From a virus (Duplodnaviria > Caudoviricetes), in the IMG/VR virus record IMGVR_UViG_3300043434_000734, positions 1 through 64,000 of that record: DNA of 64,000 nucleotides. One strand, given 5' to 3'. The position numbers and the translations under genes were made by a program. Under the pieces are notes generated by a model. That model was not told the origin of the DNA. It made no database searches and saw nothing but the letters and a program-made list of their open reading frames with translations. Below are positions 10,363-19,177 of this stretch, piece by piece. The stretch's first letter is position 1. Each line of letters opens with the position of its first letter.

Positions 10363-12504
10363 TTACGATATCAAACCAAATGTTATTATTAAATTCGTAG
10401 CACCAGAGCTAACTAAACCTGTATTAGTTGAGTTCAAACCGTATATTTTTAATGTTGTAAATAAACCTCCACTATATGTTTGTTCCGCAGCATAACCCGT
10501 ACTTGCAACTGCAGTCGGTGATTTAGTCCACACCACACTACCATTAATACCGTGTGTTGTGACATTAACTAATGGTTGTGATTGTAAACCGATAGGTCTA
10601 CTTATACTTAGTGTTGTTCCATCAACTCGACTAAAGACCCATCCCGCACTTTGTAATGTACTTACGTTTTCACCATTTGGACCTGTAACACTTACCAAAC
10701 CATTAGGGAACGTGTCCATAACATTTGAACTATATGATAATACAATTTGATAAACTTTAACGGCACCCCCTGAATTACCTGAAGAACCACTTGTTCCTGA
10801 TGTACCATCTGAACCATCAATCCCCGATGTACCCGATGTTCCGTCTACACCCGAAGTACCTGAAGTACCATCAATACCTGAAGTTCCCGATGAACCCGAC
10901 GTTCCAGAACTACCATCAAAACCACTAGAACCCGATGTTCCTGATGTTCCTGACGAAAAACCTGCGGGTGACGTACCTGAAGAACCTGAAGTACCTGCAG
11001 TACCCGATGTTCCGTGTGAACCGTCCATACCTGAAGTACCTGAAGTACCATCAATACCTGAAGTTCCCGACGATCCATCTGAACCCGATGTTCCTGAAGA
11101 ACCATTAGTTCCATCAATACCACTTGTACCTGAAGAACCATTAGTTCCATCAATACCACTTGTACCTGAAGAACCGTCAATACCTGAAGTACCTGAAGAT
11201 CCATCTGAACCTGAAATACCTGAAGTACCTGAAGTACCTGAAGTACCTGAAGATCCATCTGAACCTGAAATACCTGAAGTACCTGAAGATCCATCTGAAC
11301 CTGAAATACCTGAAGTACCTGATGTTCCATCAGTTCCTACACCTCCACCACCAACAACGGTAACCGTTACATCACCATTACCATTGTTAATTACAGTTGC
11401 CCCGTCAAATGTAATCTGGTCAACACCGTTAACCGTTGTTAAACCATCTGTTACTCTGAGAGTAGATGGACTTCCACTACCACTACCAATCGCACTATAT
11501 AAGTTGATTGACCAAGAGTCGTGAGAACTACCTCCACCAAAATCTGTTATTAATAAGTCTAATCGACCTGTATTTTTATTATAAAGTGAAACTCTACCAA
11601 TTAAGTAATCTTGAACGTCGTAAGCTGCAATTACCAATTGACCGATACTATATGATAAGTTCGTATCAACAATAAATGTTTGTGTGGTACCAACCAATTC
11701 GTCTACGTCACCAATTAAAGTAGTAGACGATGTTTGATAGACATTACCTGATGTTCCTGACGAACCTGACGAACCTCTCGCACCCGATGTTCCTGATGAA
11801 CCTGACGTACCGTGATTACCAGAAATACCTGAAGTACCCGAAGTACCACTTGACCCGTTAGTACCATTTATACCGTTCACACCATCAAGACCATTGCGAC
11901 CCGATGTTCCTGACGAACCTGAAGTACCAGCAGTACCTGATGTTCCGTGTGAACCATTCACACCCGATGTACCTGATGTACCGGCAGAACCCGAAGAACC
12001 TGATGTTCCCGAAGAACCATCAAGACCATTTGTACCACTCGTACCTGAAGAACCCGAAGCACCAGAAGCACCACGAGCACCCGATGTACCCGATGTACCC
12101 GATGTACCGTTACCCGATGTACCTGATGAACCTGAAACACCTGAAGTTCCTGATGAACCTGACGTACCATTATTACCGTCAACACCACTAGTACCCGATG
12201 TTCCACTAGTACCGTGTCCTGAAGTTCCTGATGAACCTGACGTACCTGAAGCACCACGAGCACCCGATGTACCTGATGTACCGGCAGAACCCGAAGAACC
12301 TGATGTTCCGTCCGAACCTGATGTACCTGATGTACCGTCAGACCCGTTACCACCACCTAAGCTGTTTATACTTGTGCCAGATATGTAAATGTTATTTGCG
12401 TATACCGCATTTAACGGGGTAGATTCAGACCCGAGGTCAATAACTGAACCTATTGTTACGTTTTCGGTATTGACCTGTTCCCAATTTATTCGTTGTAATG
12501 CCAT
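10363..12504 (-). CDS. Collagen-like fibre protein, 713 aa
   Basis: Three Gly-X-Y tracts separated by globular, beta-rich segments; no STKFGD module. Confidence 0.7.
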   Translation of the reverse strand: MALQRINWEQVNTENVTIGSVIDLGSESTPLNAVYANNIYISGTSINSLGGGNGSDGTSGTSGSDGTSGSSGSAGTSGTSGARGASGTSGSSGTSGHGTSGTSGTSGVDGNNGTSGSSGTSGVSGSSGTSGNGTSGTSGTSGARGASGASGSSGTSGTNGLDGSSGTSGSSGSAGTSGTSGVNGSHGTSGTAGTSGSSGTSGRNGLDGVNGINGTNGSSGTSGTSGISGNHGTSGSSGTSGARGSSGSSGTSGNVYQTSSTTLIGDVDELVGTTQTFIVDTNLSYSIGQLVIAAYDVQDYLIGRVSLYNKNTGRLDLLITDFGGGSSHDSWSINLYSAIGSGSGSPSTLRVTDGLTTVNGVDQITFDGATVINNGNGDVTVTVVGGGGVGTDGTSGTSGISGSDGSSGTSGISGSDGSSGTSGTSGTSGISGSDGSSGTSGIDGSSGTSGIDGTNGSSGTSGIDGTNGSSGTSGSDGSSGTSGIDGTSGTSGMDGSHGTSGTAGTSGSSGTSPAGFSSGTSGTSGSSGFDGSSGTSGSSGTSGIDGTSGTSGVDGTSGTSGIDGSDGTSGTSGSSGNSGGAVKVYQIVLSYSSNVMDTFPNGLVSVTGPNGENVSTLQSAGWVFSRVDGTTLSISRPIGLQSQPLVNVTTHGINGSVVWTKSPTAVASTGYAAEQTYSGGLFTTLKIYGLNSTNTGLVSSGATNLIITFGLIS

Positions 12505-12553
12505 TTAAAAGTAAAGTCTTTTACATAAATACTTTTATTATGTTATTACGCAT

Positions 12554-12583
12554 AAAAAAAAGGGGTAAACCCCCTTTTTTTTT
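12554..12583 (-). terminator. Intrinsic terminator, possibly bidirectional
   Basis: A8-GGGG-TAAAC-CCCC-T9 immediately after the glutaredoxin stop codon. Confidence 0.85.
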
Positions 12584-12856
12584 CTATATGAATGTTTTTA
12601 TGATTTCAACTATTTCATTTTCATTCTTAAAATCAACTCCAGGTATATAAATTGGTCCTTCGTTTGAATTATTTTTATTAATATAGACAGTTGGTAAAAC
12701 GTTATGTCCTGTTTGTTTTACGACCGAATCCCATATCTCTTTATTTATTGAAATTTCAATATCATTGAATGGTATTTCAAGTTCTGTTAATTTATTTTTT
12801 AAATCGTAACAATACTTGCATCCATTTAACGTGAATACAACAATTGTATGTTTCAT
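12584..12856 (-). CDS. Glutaredoxin (NrdH/Grx-like)
   Basis: 90 aa; VFTLNGCKYC active site; later LPTVYI cis-Pro motif. Confidence 0.85.
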   Translation of the reverse strand: MKHTIVVFTLNGCKYCYDLKNKLTELEIPFNDIEISINKEIWDSVVKQTGHNVLPTVYINKNNSNEGPIYIPGVDFKNENEIVEIIKTFI

Positions 12857-13161
12857 TATAAACTATCTAAAATCTTTATATAAACTGAATCAACGTTTGC
12901 ACCTGTTGAACGATTAACTAATTCTTCACCGTTGTAAATCATAACAGTAGGTACTGAACGAATTCCTAATTCTACACAACCTTCTTTATTATCATCAACA
13001 TCGATTGCAACAAATTCAATATCATTGTAATTCGACGACATTTTATCCAATCTAGTTAATAAATGACCACAGGGTACACACCATTTAGCTTTGAAGTCAG
13101 CCAATATTTTTTTACCTTCTAATTGTAATTGTTTTAGTTCATCAATAGTAATTTCTCTCAT
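12856..13161 (-). CDS. Thioredoxin
   Basis: 101 aa; DFKAKWCVPC and GIRSVPT motifs. Confidence 0.9.
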   Translation of the reverse strand: MREITIDELKQLQLEGKKILADFKAKWCVPCGHLLTRLDKMSSNYNDIEFVAIDVDDNKEGCVELGIRSVPTVMIYNGEELVNRSTGANVDSVYIKILDSL

Positions 13162-13172
13162 AATTTTTTAAT

Positions 13173-13832
13173 TTAAATATCTAACCACCTTCTACCGTTT
13201 TTTAATTCGTAAAAAAAACCTTTTCGAATATTTGGGTATAATTGGGTTAGTTCTTTTATTTTTACTCCTAATTTTAATTTATCTTTTATTTCTTTTATTA
13301 GGTCCAATGAATAAATAGATTTATTTCTTTTTGATTCTTTTATTTTTTCTATTCTTTTACTTCTTTCTTCGTTTGTTAATTTATCCCAATGTTTTTTAAC
13401 TGAATCTTTTCTTTTTTCTTTTTGATTTTCACAATTTTTACCATATATTTCTATATAAGTTTTCCCTCTGTGTGATTTTCCTTCTTTTATCTTATTAGAA
13501 ATTTTAGCCCTTACTTCATCCGAATGTACATAACCCAAACAACCTTCACCACCCAACGTATTATTTAGTCCGTTTTTGAAAGAATCATATTTTTCAATAT
13601 ATTTTTTTTCAATTTCATATATAATACTGACATCACATTCTTCTATTAATTCAATAGTAAAATTTTCTTCACCGTATTTTTTTATAGAATTGTAAAGTTT
13701 ACTTTTATAATCATTTTTAAAACACCTATAAAGGTGTTCATAATAACGAGTTTCTAAAGTTTTTACTGTGCAACCAATATAAATTTTTTTATTTATTTTA
13801 TTCGTTATTTTGTAAATTTTTCCTTTGTCCAT
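13173..13832 (-). mobile_element. Free-standing GIY-YIG homing endonuclease (Seg-like) with NUMOD3-like motif
   Basis: KIYKITN...IYIG, R...H, E...I and N of the GIY-YIG fold; HSDEVRAKIS NUMOD3-like motif; Lys-rich C-terminal DNA-binding part. Confidence 0.85.
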
Positions 13833-13862
13833 ATGGTGTTTTATAAATAAATACCACCATAT
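13831..13862 (-). promoter_or_regulatory. Hairpin covering the GIY-YIG start codon, with a TATTTATA motif in its loop
   Basis: Minus strand reads ATATGGTG-GTATTTATTTATAAAA-CACCATAT-G: an 8-bp stem whose 3' arm includes the AT of the ATG. Confidence 0.6.
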
Positions 13863-13865
13863 TGA

Positions 13866-14936
13866 CTAAAATCCTATTTTACTTTTATTTGACGTTTTTA
13901 TTAATTCTACGTCTATGTTATAAATATCAGCCAAAGTCATTCCTTCCGTCACTTCGTGATCTTTTTCGATATGTTTTAATAATTTATTCGTTTCTTCCAC
14001 ATTTAATTTACTGAATTTATGTTCAGCAATTAAACGACCCTTTCTAAGTAATGCTTGGTCTATCTTCTCTCGTTTCATATTGAAGGTTGCAACAATTTGA
14101 ATACTTAGACAATCACCCAAAATACCGTCAGTTAAATTAAGAATATTAGACACTCCCGCCGGTGAACCATTACCCTCTCTATCCGAAATAACTCGTTCAG
14201 CATCCTCAATGATGAGGATTGAATTTTTGTGGTCCATCAAAAATGGTATGATTGAAGGTTCGGATAACATCTCAGCCATCGATGGTGGGATGAACAATAT
14301 GTCTTTATCTGTGATTAATGAAGTCAAGTGTTTGATGTACGATGTTTTACCAGTACCAGGGTCACCGTGTAATAAAATAATTCCCTTACCGTTATTTTCA
14401 TTTAACTTATCAACAATTACTTTATGTACCTTACTAAATTCGGTGCCATAATTTAATTCTAAATCCATTTGTGGTACAGCTAAGTCATATTCCTCAGTAT
14501 CCATATGACCCATTTCACTTTTGACCAATTGAATGTTTGATTTTTTTCTTTTTCTTTCAAAAGTTTTAATTTCGTCCATTGGTAATTGTTTTTCCAAATT
14601 ACCTTTTTTAAAATCATAAGCAATATCAAGTTGAACTAATGGATCCTTATCTTTAATAACATTTCCCGTAAGTCTAATCATCATTTGTTTTTCGTCATTA
14701 ACATATAATGATTGTGACGATAAGTCGTAACGCCTATTTGATGAAAATATATTAATATCTTGTTTAAACCCTAATTTATCTACAAGATAATCTATAATTT
14801 TTGGATCATAAGATAAACTATTAACGAACTTTGAGGGTAATTTATCATAACAAATAACAAAATATTGTTCAATAGGGATTTCGGTACCGTAAACCGTATC
14901 ATATAAAGGATAATCCTTTGGTAGTTTTGTTGACAT
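13866..14936 (-). CDS. AAA+ ATPase
   Basis: Walker A GDPGTGKT, Walker B ILIIED, and ALLRKGR second region of homology. Confidence 0.9.
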   Translation of the reverse strand: MSTKLPKDYPLYDTVYGTEIPIEQYFVICYDKLPSKFVNSLSYDPKIIDYLVDKLGFKQDINIFSSNRRYDLSSQSLYVNDEKQMMIRLTGNVIKDKDPLVQLDIAYDFKKGNLEKQLPMDEIKTFERKRKKSNIQLVKSEMGHMDTEEYDLAVPQMDLELNYGTEFSKVHKVIVDKLNENNGKGIILLHGDPGTGKTSYIKHLTSLITDKDILFIPPSMAEMLSEPSIIPFLMDHKNSILIIEDAERVISDREGNGSPAGVSNILNLTDGILGDCLSIQIVATFNMKREKIDQALLRKGRLIAEHKFSKLNVEETNKLLKHIEKDHEVTEGMTLADIYNIDVELIKTSNKSKIGF

Positions 14937-14956
14937 ATTATATTTTAATTTATTTT

Positions 14957-15274
14957 TTAGTTAAGACATATTTTACCAAAATCACCTAAATCAAAAAATA
15001 CATTTTTTTCGATATCTTTTTTTGGTTGTTCAGAGATGTCTTTTTTTGCAATTATCACCGCCTTAACGGTTGTTCTTAATAACTCAAATTGTTCTTTATC
15101 TAACATCACTTCACCGTTTTTTTTGTAATTTTTTTGTGAGATTTCACATAAGTGTTTATAGAACAACTCTTCATCTGAATCACCTAAAAAATATTCTTTT
15201 GCTTCAATATTTGTCTTGAGATAATTTTTTACTGTTTGTAAATAAATTAAAACTTCAGGTGAAAATTCTTCCAT
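14957..15274 (-). CDS. Hypothetical protein
   Basis: 105-aa ORF abutting nusG in operon; normal composition. Confidence 0.7.
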   Translation of the reverse strand: MEEFSPEVLIYLQTVKNYLKTNIEAKEYFLGDSDEELFYKHLCEISQKNYKKNGEVMLDKEQFELLRTTVKAVIIAKKDISEQPKKDIEKNVFFDLGDFGKICLN

Positions 15275-15798
15275 TATATTTTTGCAATTTGGTTAAGTGT
15301 TAACTCAACAGCAGTATTTCTTCCAAAAATTTTAATTTCGAGTTCAACTTTATCTCCTTTCATTTCTGAAATTATACCTTCAAATGTGTTGAATGGTCCC
15401 TCAATAACGGTAACTTGTTCACCAATAACATATTTTAAACGTTTTGAATCTTCGTGAATTTCCAAAACATCATCCTTTAAAATTCTTTTCACATCACTCT
15501 CACGTAATTCAATAGGAATTCTATTACCACCCATTCCCATTATATTAGGAAATAATGAAATAGTTTTTAATTCATCCTCATTTAATGGTTTAGGTGATTC
15601 AAAATAAAGATAACCACTATACAAGACCTTTTCTCTAATTGCTTTTTTATTACGTACCACAACCACCTGTTTCTCCGTTGGGCAAACAAATCTCGTAACA
15701 CTCTTTATTTTACCCTGAGAGATATTTTTATTAAATTCTTCCGCCAAGGACCTTTCTTTTCCAGGTAATACTTTAACCAAGTACCAATTTGTTTCCAT
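15274..15798 (-). CDS. nusG: NusG-family transcription elongation/antitermination factor
   Basis: NGN domain (WYLVKV..GKE, YSGYLY) plus KOW domain (VTVIEGPFNTFEGII, VELEIKIFGRNTAVEL). Confidence 0.9.
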   Translation of the reverse strand: METNWYLVKVLPGKERSLAEEFNKNISQGKIKSVTRFVCPTEKQVVVVRNKKAIREKVLYSGYLYFESPKPLNEDELKTISLFPNIMGMGGNRIPIELRESDVKRILKDDVLEIHEDSKRLKYVIGEQVTVIEGPFNTFEGIISEMKGDKVELEIKIFGRNTAVELTLNQIAKI

Positions 15799-15805
15799 AT
15801 AAATT

Positions 15806-16648
15806 TTAATAATTTTTAATTAATAGTTCGGTACCCATATTTTGTTTACCGTCCTTCTTCGCAGCCGCAGCCTTTGCAAAATCTTTTTGTTCCCATTTAT
15901 ATTGATCTTTAGGAAACCATTCAGATAACTTTGGAAAATCATAATACGATAAACTGAATTTACCTTTAATATTTTTAATACATTCAGCTAAACGTGTGTG
16001 GTCATTAACATCAAAATCGTGATTCGAATAATAATTTTCAGTCTTCCAATATGGTGGGTCCATATAGAAATATGTTGTTGGCGAATCGTATTTCTCTACC
16101 ACTTTTTGGAAATCCAAATTTTCTACAAAAGTTATTTTATCAAAGTGTTGACGGAATTTAGGGTTTTTTAACTTATCCATAAAAATAAGAACTTTGCAAC
16201 GATATTTTCCTTTATAATCCGTATATGCTGCAGTTTCGGGTTTTGAACCTGAAAATATTTGACATAACACGTATACATATTTACCCACAATTTCTAAACT
16301 ATTTTCGTCGGTGATAACCAATTCAGGGTCAAATACTTCTTTTTGATATTGATTAAACATTTCAGCATATTCTGGTGGTGTATCAACGACCCCCAATTGT
16401 TGGCAAGGGTATTTAGATAATTCATCCCATAACACATCATATTGTTTAGACCACTTCATAAGATGAGCATTTAAACGATTGTAATCATTATAAACTACCG
16501 TTTTTAAATTTGGAAATTTGGTTAAGTCCATATTAAAAAATACCCAAAACATACCTGAGAAACCTTCAACATATGTCTCAATGTCTGTTGGAATTTGTGG
16601 GACAATCCATTTACCGATACGAGCCTTACCTCCGATGTAACTAATCAT
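15806..16648 (-). CDS. Orphan N6-adenine DNA methyltransferase (Dam/D12-like)
   Basis: N-terminal YIGGK, YVEGFSG SAM-binding motif, YND, and catalytic DPPY. Confidence 0.9.
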   Translation of the reverse strand: MISYIGGKARIGKWIVPQIPTDIETYVEGFSGMFWVFFNMDLTKFPNLKTVVYNDYNRLNAHLMKWSKQYDVLWDELSKYPCQQLGVVDTPPEYAEMFNQYQKEVFDPELVITDENSLEIVGKYVYVLCQIFSGSKPETAAYTDYKGKYRCKVLIFMDKLKNPKFRQHFDKITFVENLDFQKVVEKYDSPTTYFYMDPPYWKTENYYSNHDFDVNDHTRLAECIKNIKGKFSLSYYDFPKLSEWFPKDQYKWEQKDFAKAAAAKKDGKQNMGTELLIKNY

Positions 16649-16725
16649 TTATTTGTTATTTAATGTTCTATTAAAAATATAGTCAAAAAATTTTAAAAAA
16701 AGAAATTAATAGTATATATTTTATT

Positions 16726-16881
16726 ATGGGTTGTAAGAATTGTAAGAAGAATAGTAATGAATCATATAAAGACGTATATGAAAAAACTAATGGGTTTCCT
16801 AAAGGAATTGTGTTATTTACTATTCTTTGGACATTGTTAGCAATGTATGGGTTATATTCATTAATAACAAAGTTTATATGA
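16726..16881 (+). CDS. 51-aa membrane peptide; not in the ORF track
   Basis: MGCKNCKKNSNESYKDVYEKTNGFPKGIVLFTILWTLLAMYGLYSLITKFI*. Its stop overlaps the next ATG (ATGA). Confidence 0.6.
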   Translation: MGCKNCKKNSNESYKDVYEKTNGFPKGIVLFTILWTLLAMYGLYSLITKFI

Positions 16882-17516
16882 AAAATGGAAAGTATTTCAT
16901 AGTTCTATTCTGTAACAAGAAAAGAATTAAAATATTCTATAAGTGTATGAAACGTACATCCGTCTATGACTATTGGAGAGAGTATAAGACAGAAAAAAAG
17001 CCGCCATTTGTGAAACAACAAGGTGGTAAAAGAAATCAGGAGCTGGTTTTTGAATTGGCGTTAGTTTTTCCAAATAATCGTTGGGCCACCACAACTTGGG
17101 TAAGGGATAGTTTAGGTAGAAACGAACCGGCACTAATCGAAGGAAATAAATTTCGAATAAAGGAGATAATACCTTATTGGCAAGAAGAATTGATTTATGA
17201 TTTTCAAACTAAAAAGAGAATTCGTTATCACGAATTAATCAATCAAATTGTACCAATAAAAGAAATCGCCCAAATATTCATCTTAAATAAAAATCTATTT
17301 ATACAGATTGAAAACGACGTAAAAATGTTTGGTAATAAGAATCTTGAAGATTCGAATCGTTTATTTGAAATAGTTAAAGAGGATTTGGTGAAAAGAAAAA
17401 TGGGTAATCTCTTTTTTGTGAAAGATGTAACTACCCATCAACGAACTTTATTGTATAACTTACTTGAGAGTAAGGGTTTCAATAGAAGAGAATTATTTAG
17501 ACATTATTCTTATTAA
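16878..17516 (+). CDS. Hypothetical protein; start revised from 16827 to the ATG at 16878
   Basis: In-frame ATG in an ATGA overlap with the upstream peptide; only long ORF in this interval; converges on 17497-17730. Confidence 0.7.
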   Translation: MKNGKYFIVLFCNKKRIKIFYKCMKRTSVYDYWREYKTEKKPPFVKQQGGKRNQELVFELALVFPNNRWATTTWVRDSLGRNEPALIEGNKFRIKEIIPYWQEELIYDFQTKKRIRYHELINQIVPIKEIAQIFILNKNLFIQIENDVKMFGNKNLEDSNRLFEIVKEDLVKRKMGNLFFVKDVTTHQRTLLYNLLESKGFNRRELFRHYSY

Positions 17517-17730
17517 ATACTATATCAACCATTCCAATATTAATAGTAAACGTGTCTTCTGGTTTTTCCATTTTTCTACCGTATTTTTTCTGAATAGTAT
17601 CAAATGATTTTTCAAAATCATCATCAGACATTTCTAAAACTATTGTGACAGATTCAGTTTTTGTATTTATTTTTTCCAATAAATCACTGATAATTGCCAA
17701 TTGATTTAATAAATCACCTTTTTTTTCCAT
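17497..17730 (-). CDS. Hypothetical protein
   Basis: 77-aa ORF overlapping its neighbours. Confidence 0.6.
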   Translation of the reverse strand: MEKKGDLLNQLAIISDLLEKINTKTESVTIVLEMSDDDFEKSFDTIQKKYGRKMEKPEDTFTINIGMVDIVFNKNNV

Positions 17731-17917
17731 ATCCTAATATCTTTAATATCTTATCAATTATAGATATTTTATTTTTTGGTTTTTCTTCGAACATTTTTTT
17801 TCTGTCCAACTTTTTTATATCTTCAATCATCTGTTTCTTGTGGTTCAGAATCTCCATCTGATCCTTCTCCATCTCTTTCTTCAGAAACTCCGTCGCCTGT
17901 TGTAATCTCTTGTCCAT
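17714..17917 (-). CDS. Hypothetical basic coiled-coil protein
   Basis: 67-aa ORF chained to its neighbours. Confidence 0.55.
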   Translation of the reverse strand: MDKRLQQATEFLKKEMEKDQMEILNHKKQMIEDIKKLDRKKMFEEKPKNKISIIDKILKILGYGKKR

Positions 17918-18278
17918 AATCCTCTAATAGGTTTATATCTTTTAACTTATCTAACGATTCTTTTTTAAATAATTCCTGTAGTTCTTTTACTTTTTGTTGG
18001 AATAATTTTTGTTTCTCCTCTTCATCTTTATTAATTTGTAATATCTCTAAAGCACAGGCAAAAACAACATCATATCCATCTTGAATTGCGGTTGATACTA
18101 AAGATAACAAAGTGAATTTTTCGTTCTTATCTTGAACCTTAATTTTAATGGACCTATAAGGTTTAACGATATCTTCGTATCTCCAACTCAATGGTAATTT
18201 TATATCTAAACTTACATTATTTTCAATCTCTCTTAAAGAATGAAAATGAGGTCTCAATGATTTTATACTTTCAAACAC
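17823..18278 (-). CDS. Hypothetical protein (GTG start)
   Basis: 151-aa ORF with an acidic tail that overlaps the next ORF. Confidence 0.65.
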   Translation of the reverse strand: MFESIKSLRPHFHSLREIENNVSLDIKLPLSWRYEDIVKPYRSIKIKVQDKNEKFTLLSLVSTAIQDGYDVVFACALEILQINKDEEEKQKLFQQKVKELQELFKKESLDKLKDINLLEDYGQEITTGDGVSEERDGEGSDGDSEPQETDD

Positions 18279-18282
18279 GTTG

Positions 18283-18459
18283 TTAAATTAAAATATATGT
18301 TATTATGTATGATAGTGAAATTATTTGTAAAGTCTGTTCTAACTTTGTTAATTTCATTGGTTCTGGATTTTCTTGTGTAAGTTTCATACTGAACTCAACA
18401 ATAATTCGTAATGAGTATACTATACTTAATACGAAAAAAAATAATTTAATCTGTTCCAT
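18283..18459 (-). CDS. 58-aa two-TM membrane protein; not in the ORF track
   Basis: MEQIKLFFFVLSIVYSLRIIVEFSMKLTQENPEPMKLTKLEQTLQIISLSYIITYILI*. Fills the gap between co-oriented genes. Confidence 0.6.
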   Translation of the reverse strand: MEQIKLFFFVLSIVYSLRIIVEFSMKLTQENPEPMKLTKLEQTLQIISLSYIITYILI

Positions 18460-18634
18460 CGTGTCTTTTCATTTCTTCCAATATATCCTTACGATACACC
18501 GCAATTAGTAATTTAATTTCCTGAGCATATTTTCTTGCTCGGATTGATGCGCTACGATTACCCCTATCATAAACTTTTTGAGTATCGACCGACATCTTTT
18601 CTACTAATTCCTTGATTTGTTTTAAGGTTTCCAT
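18446..18634 (-). CDS. Histone H1-like Hc1-family small basic protein
   Basis: GNRSASIRARKYAQEIKLLIAVYRK resembles the Hc1-family GNKAA..R.R motif as recalled for Chlamydia Hc1 and its Bacteroidota homologs. Confidence 0.7.
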   Translation of the reverse strand: METLKQIKELVEKMSVDTQKVYDRGNRSASIRARKYAQEIKLLIAVYRKDILEEMKRHDGTD

Positions 18635-18674
18635 ATTTTTATTCGGTTTTTAATATGAATATATGGAAAAAATT

Positions 18675-19130
18675 TTACTTTTTCAAGTTTTGTTCGAGTA
18701 ATTTATAGATTTCACTTAACATATCTAGTTCCGACCTAGATTTACGATGTTTAAAACTGAATAACACATAGAAATAATCACTAATTCGTATTACGTTATT
18801 GTCCATTTGATTGTAATAAAACGCCTCAATAAAAAAATTGAGGAAGTATTGGTAAGCACTATCGTGTTCTTTAAAGTGAATTTTTTCTTTACTGAAATTT
18901 TCAATTGTCTTATCCCAACACCAAGTAAAATGATTTTTTTGATCTTCGTAACTTATCAACACATCCGAACCTAAATATGTGGTATCAATTAACTCATATA
19001 ATGAAATAAGAAAGTCGTAGAAGAGATTAATCTTCTCACGACTTATATTATATGCTCGGTACCAAATATCGATTTGTTGTTTGTAACTTTCAGATATTGA
19101 CAACTCTAAATAACTCTCTCTCTCTTCCAT
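18675..19130 (-). CDS. Hypothetical protein
   Basis: 151-aa aromatic-rich ORF. Confidence 0.7.
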   Translation of the reverse strand: MEERESYLELSISESYKQQIDIWYRAYNISREKINLFYDFLISLYELIDTTYLGSDVLISYEDQKNHFTWCWDKTIENFSKEKIHFKEHDSAYQYFLNFFIEAFYYNQMDNNVIRISDYFYVLFSFKHRKSRSELDMLSEIYKLLEQNLKK

Positions 19131-19177
19131 ATTCTTTATAATGTAATATAAGTAGAAATGAAAATAAAAAAAAGATA

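Noticed and set aside
27-12422. Many plus-strand ORFs (VGVGV, VPEVPEEP types) and alternate-frame minus ORFs (VLQVLQ types)
   Set aside because: Shadows of repetitive GTS/TP codons that lack stops in other frames. They coincide exactly with the repeat tracts of the real genes.
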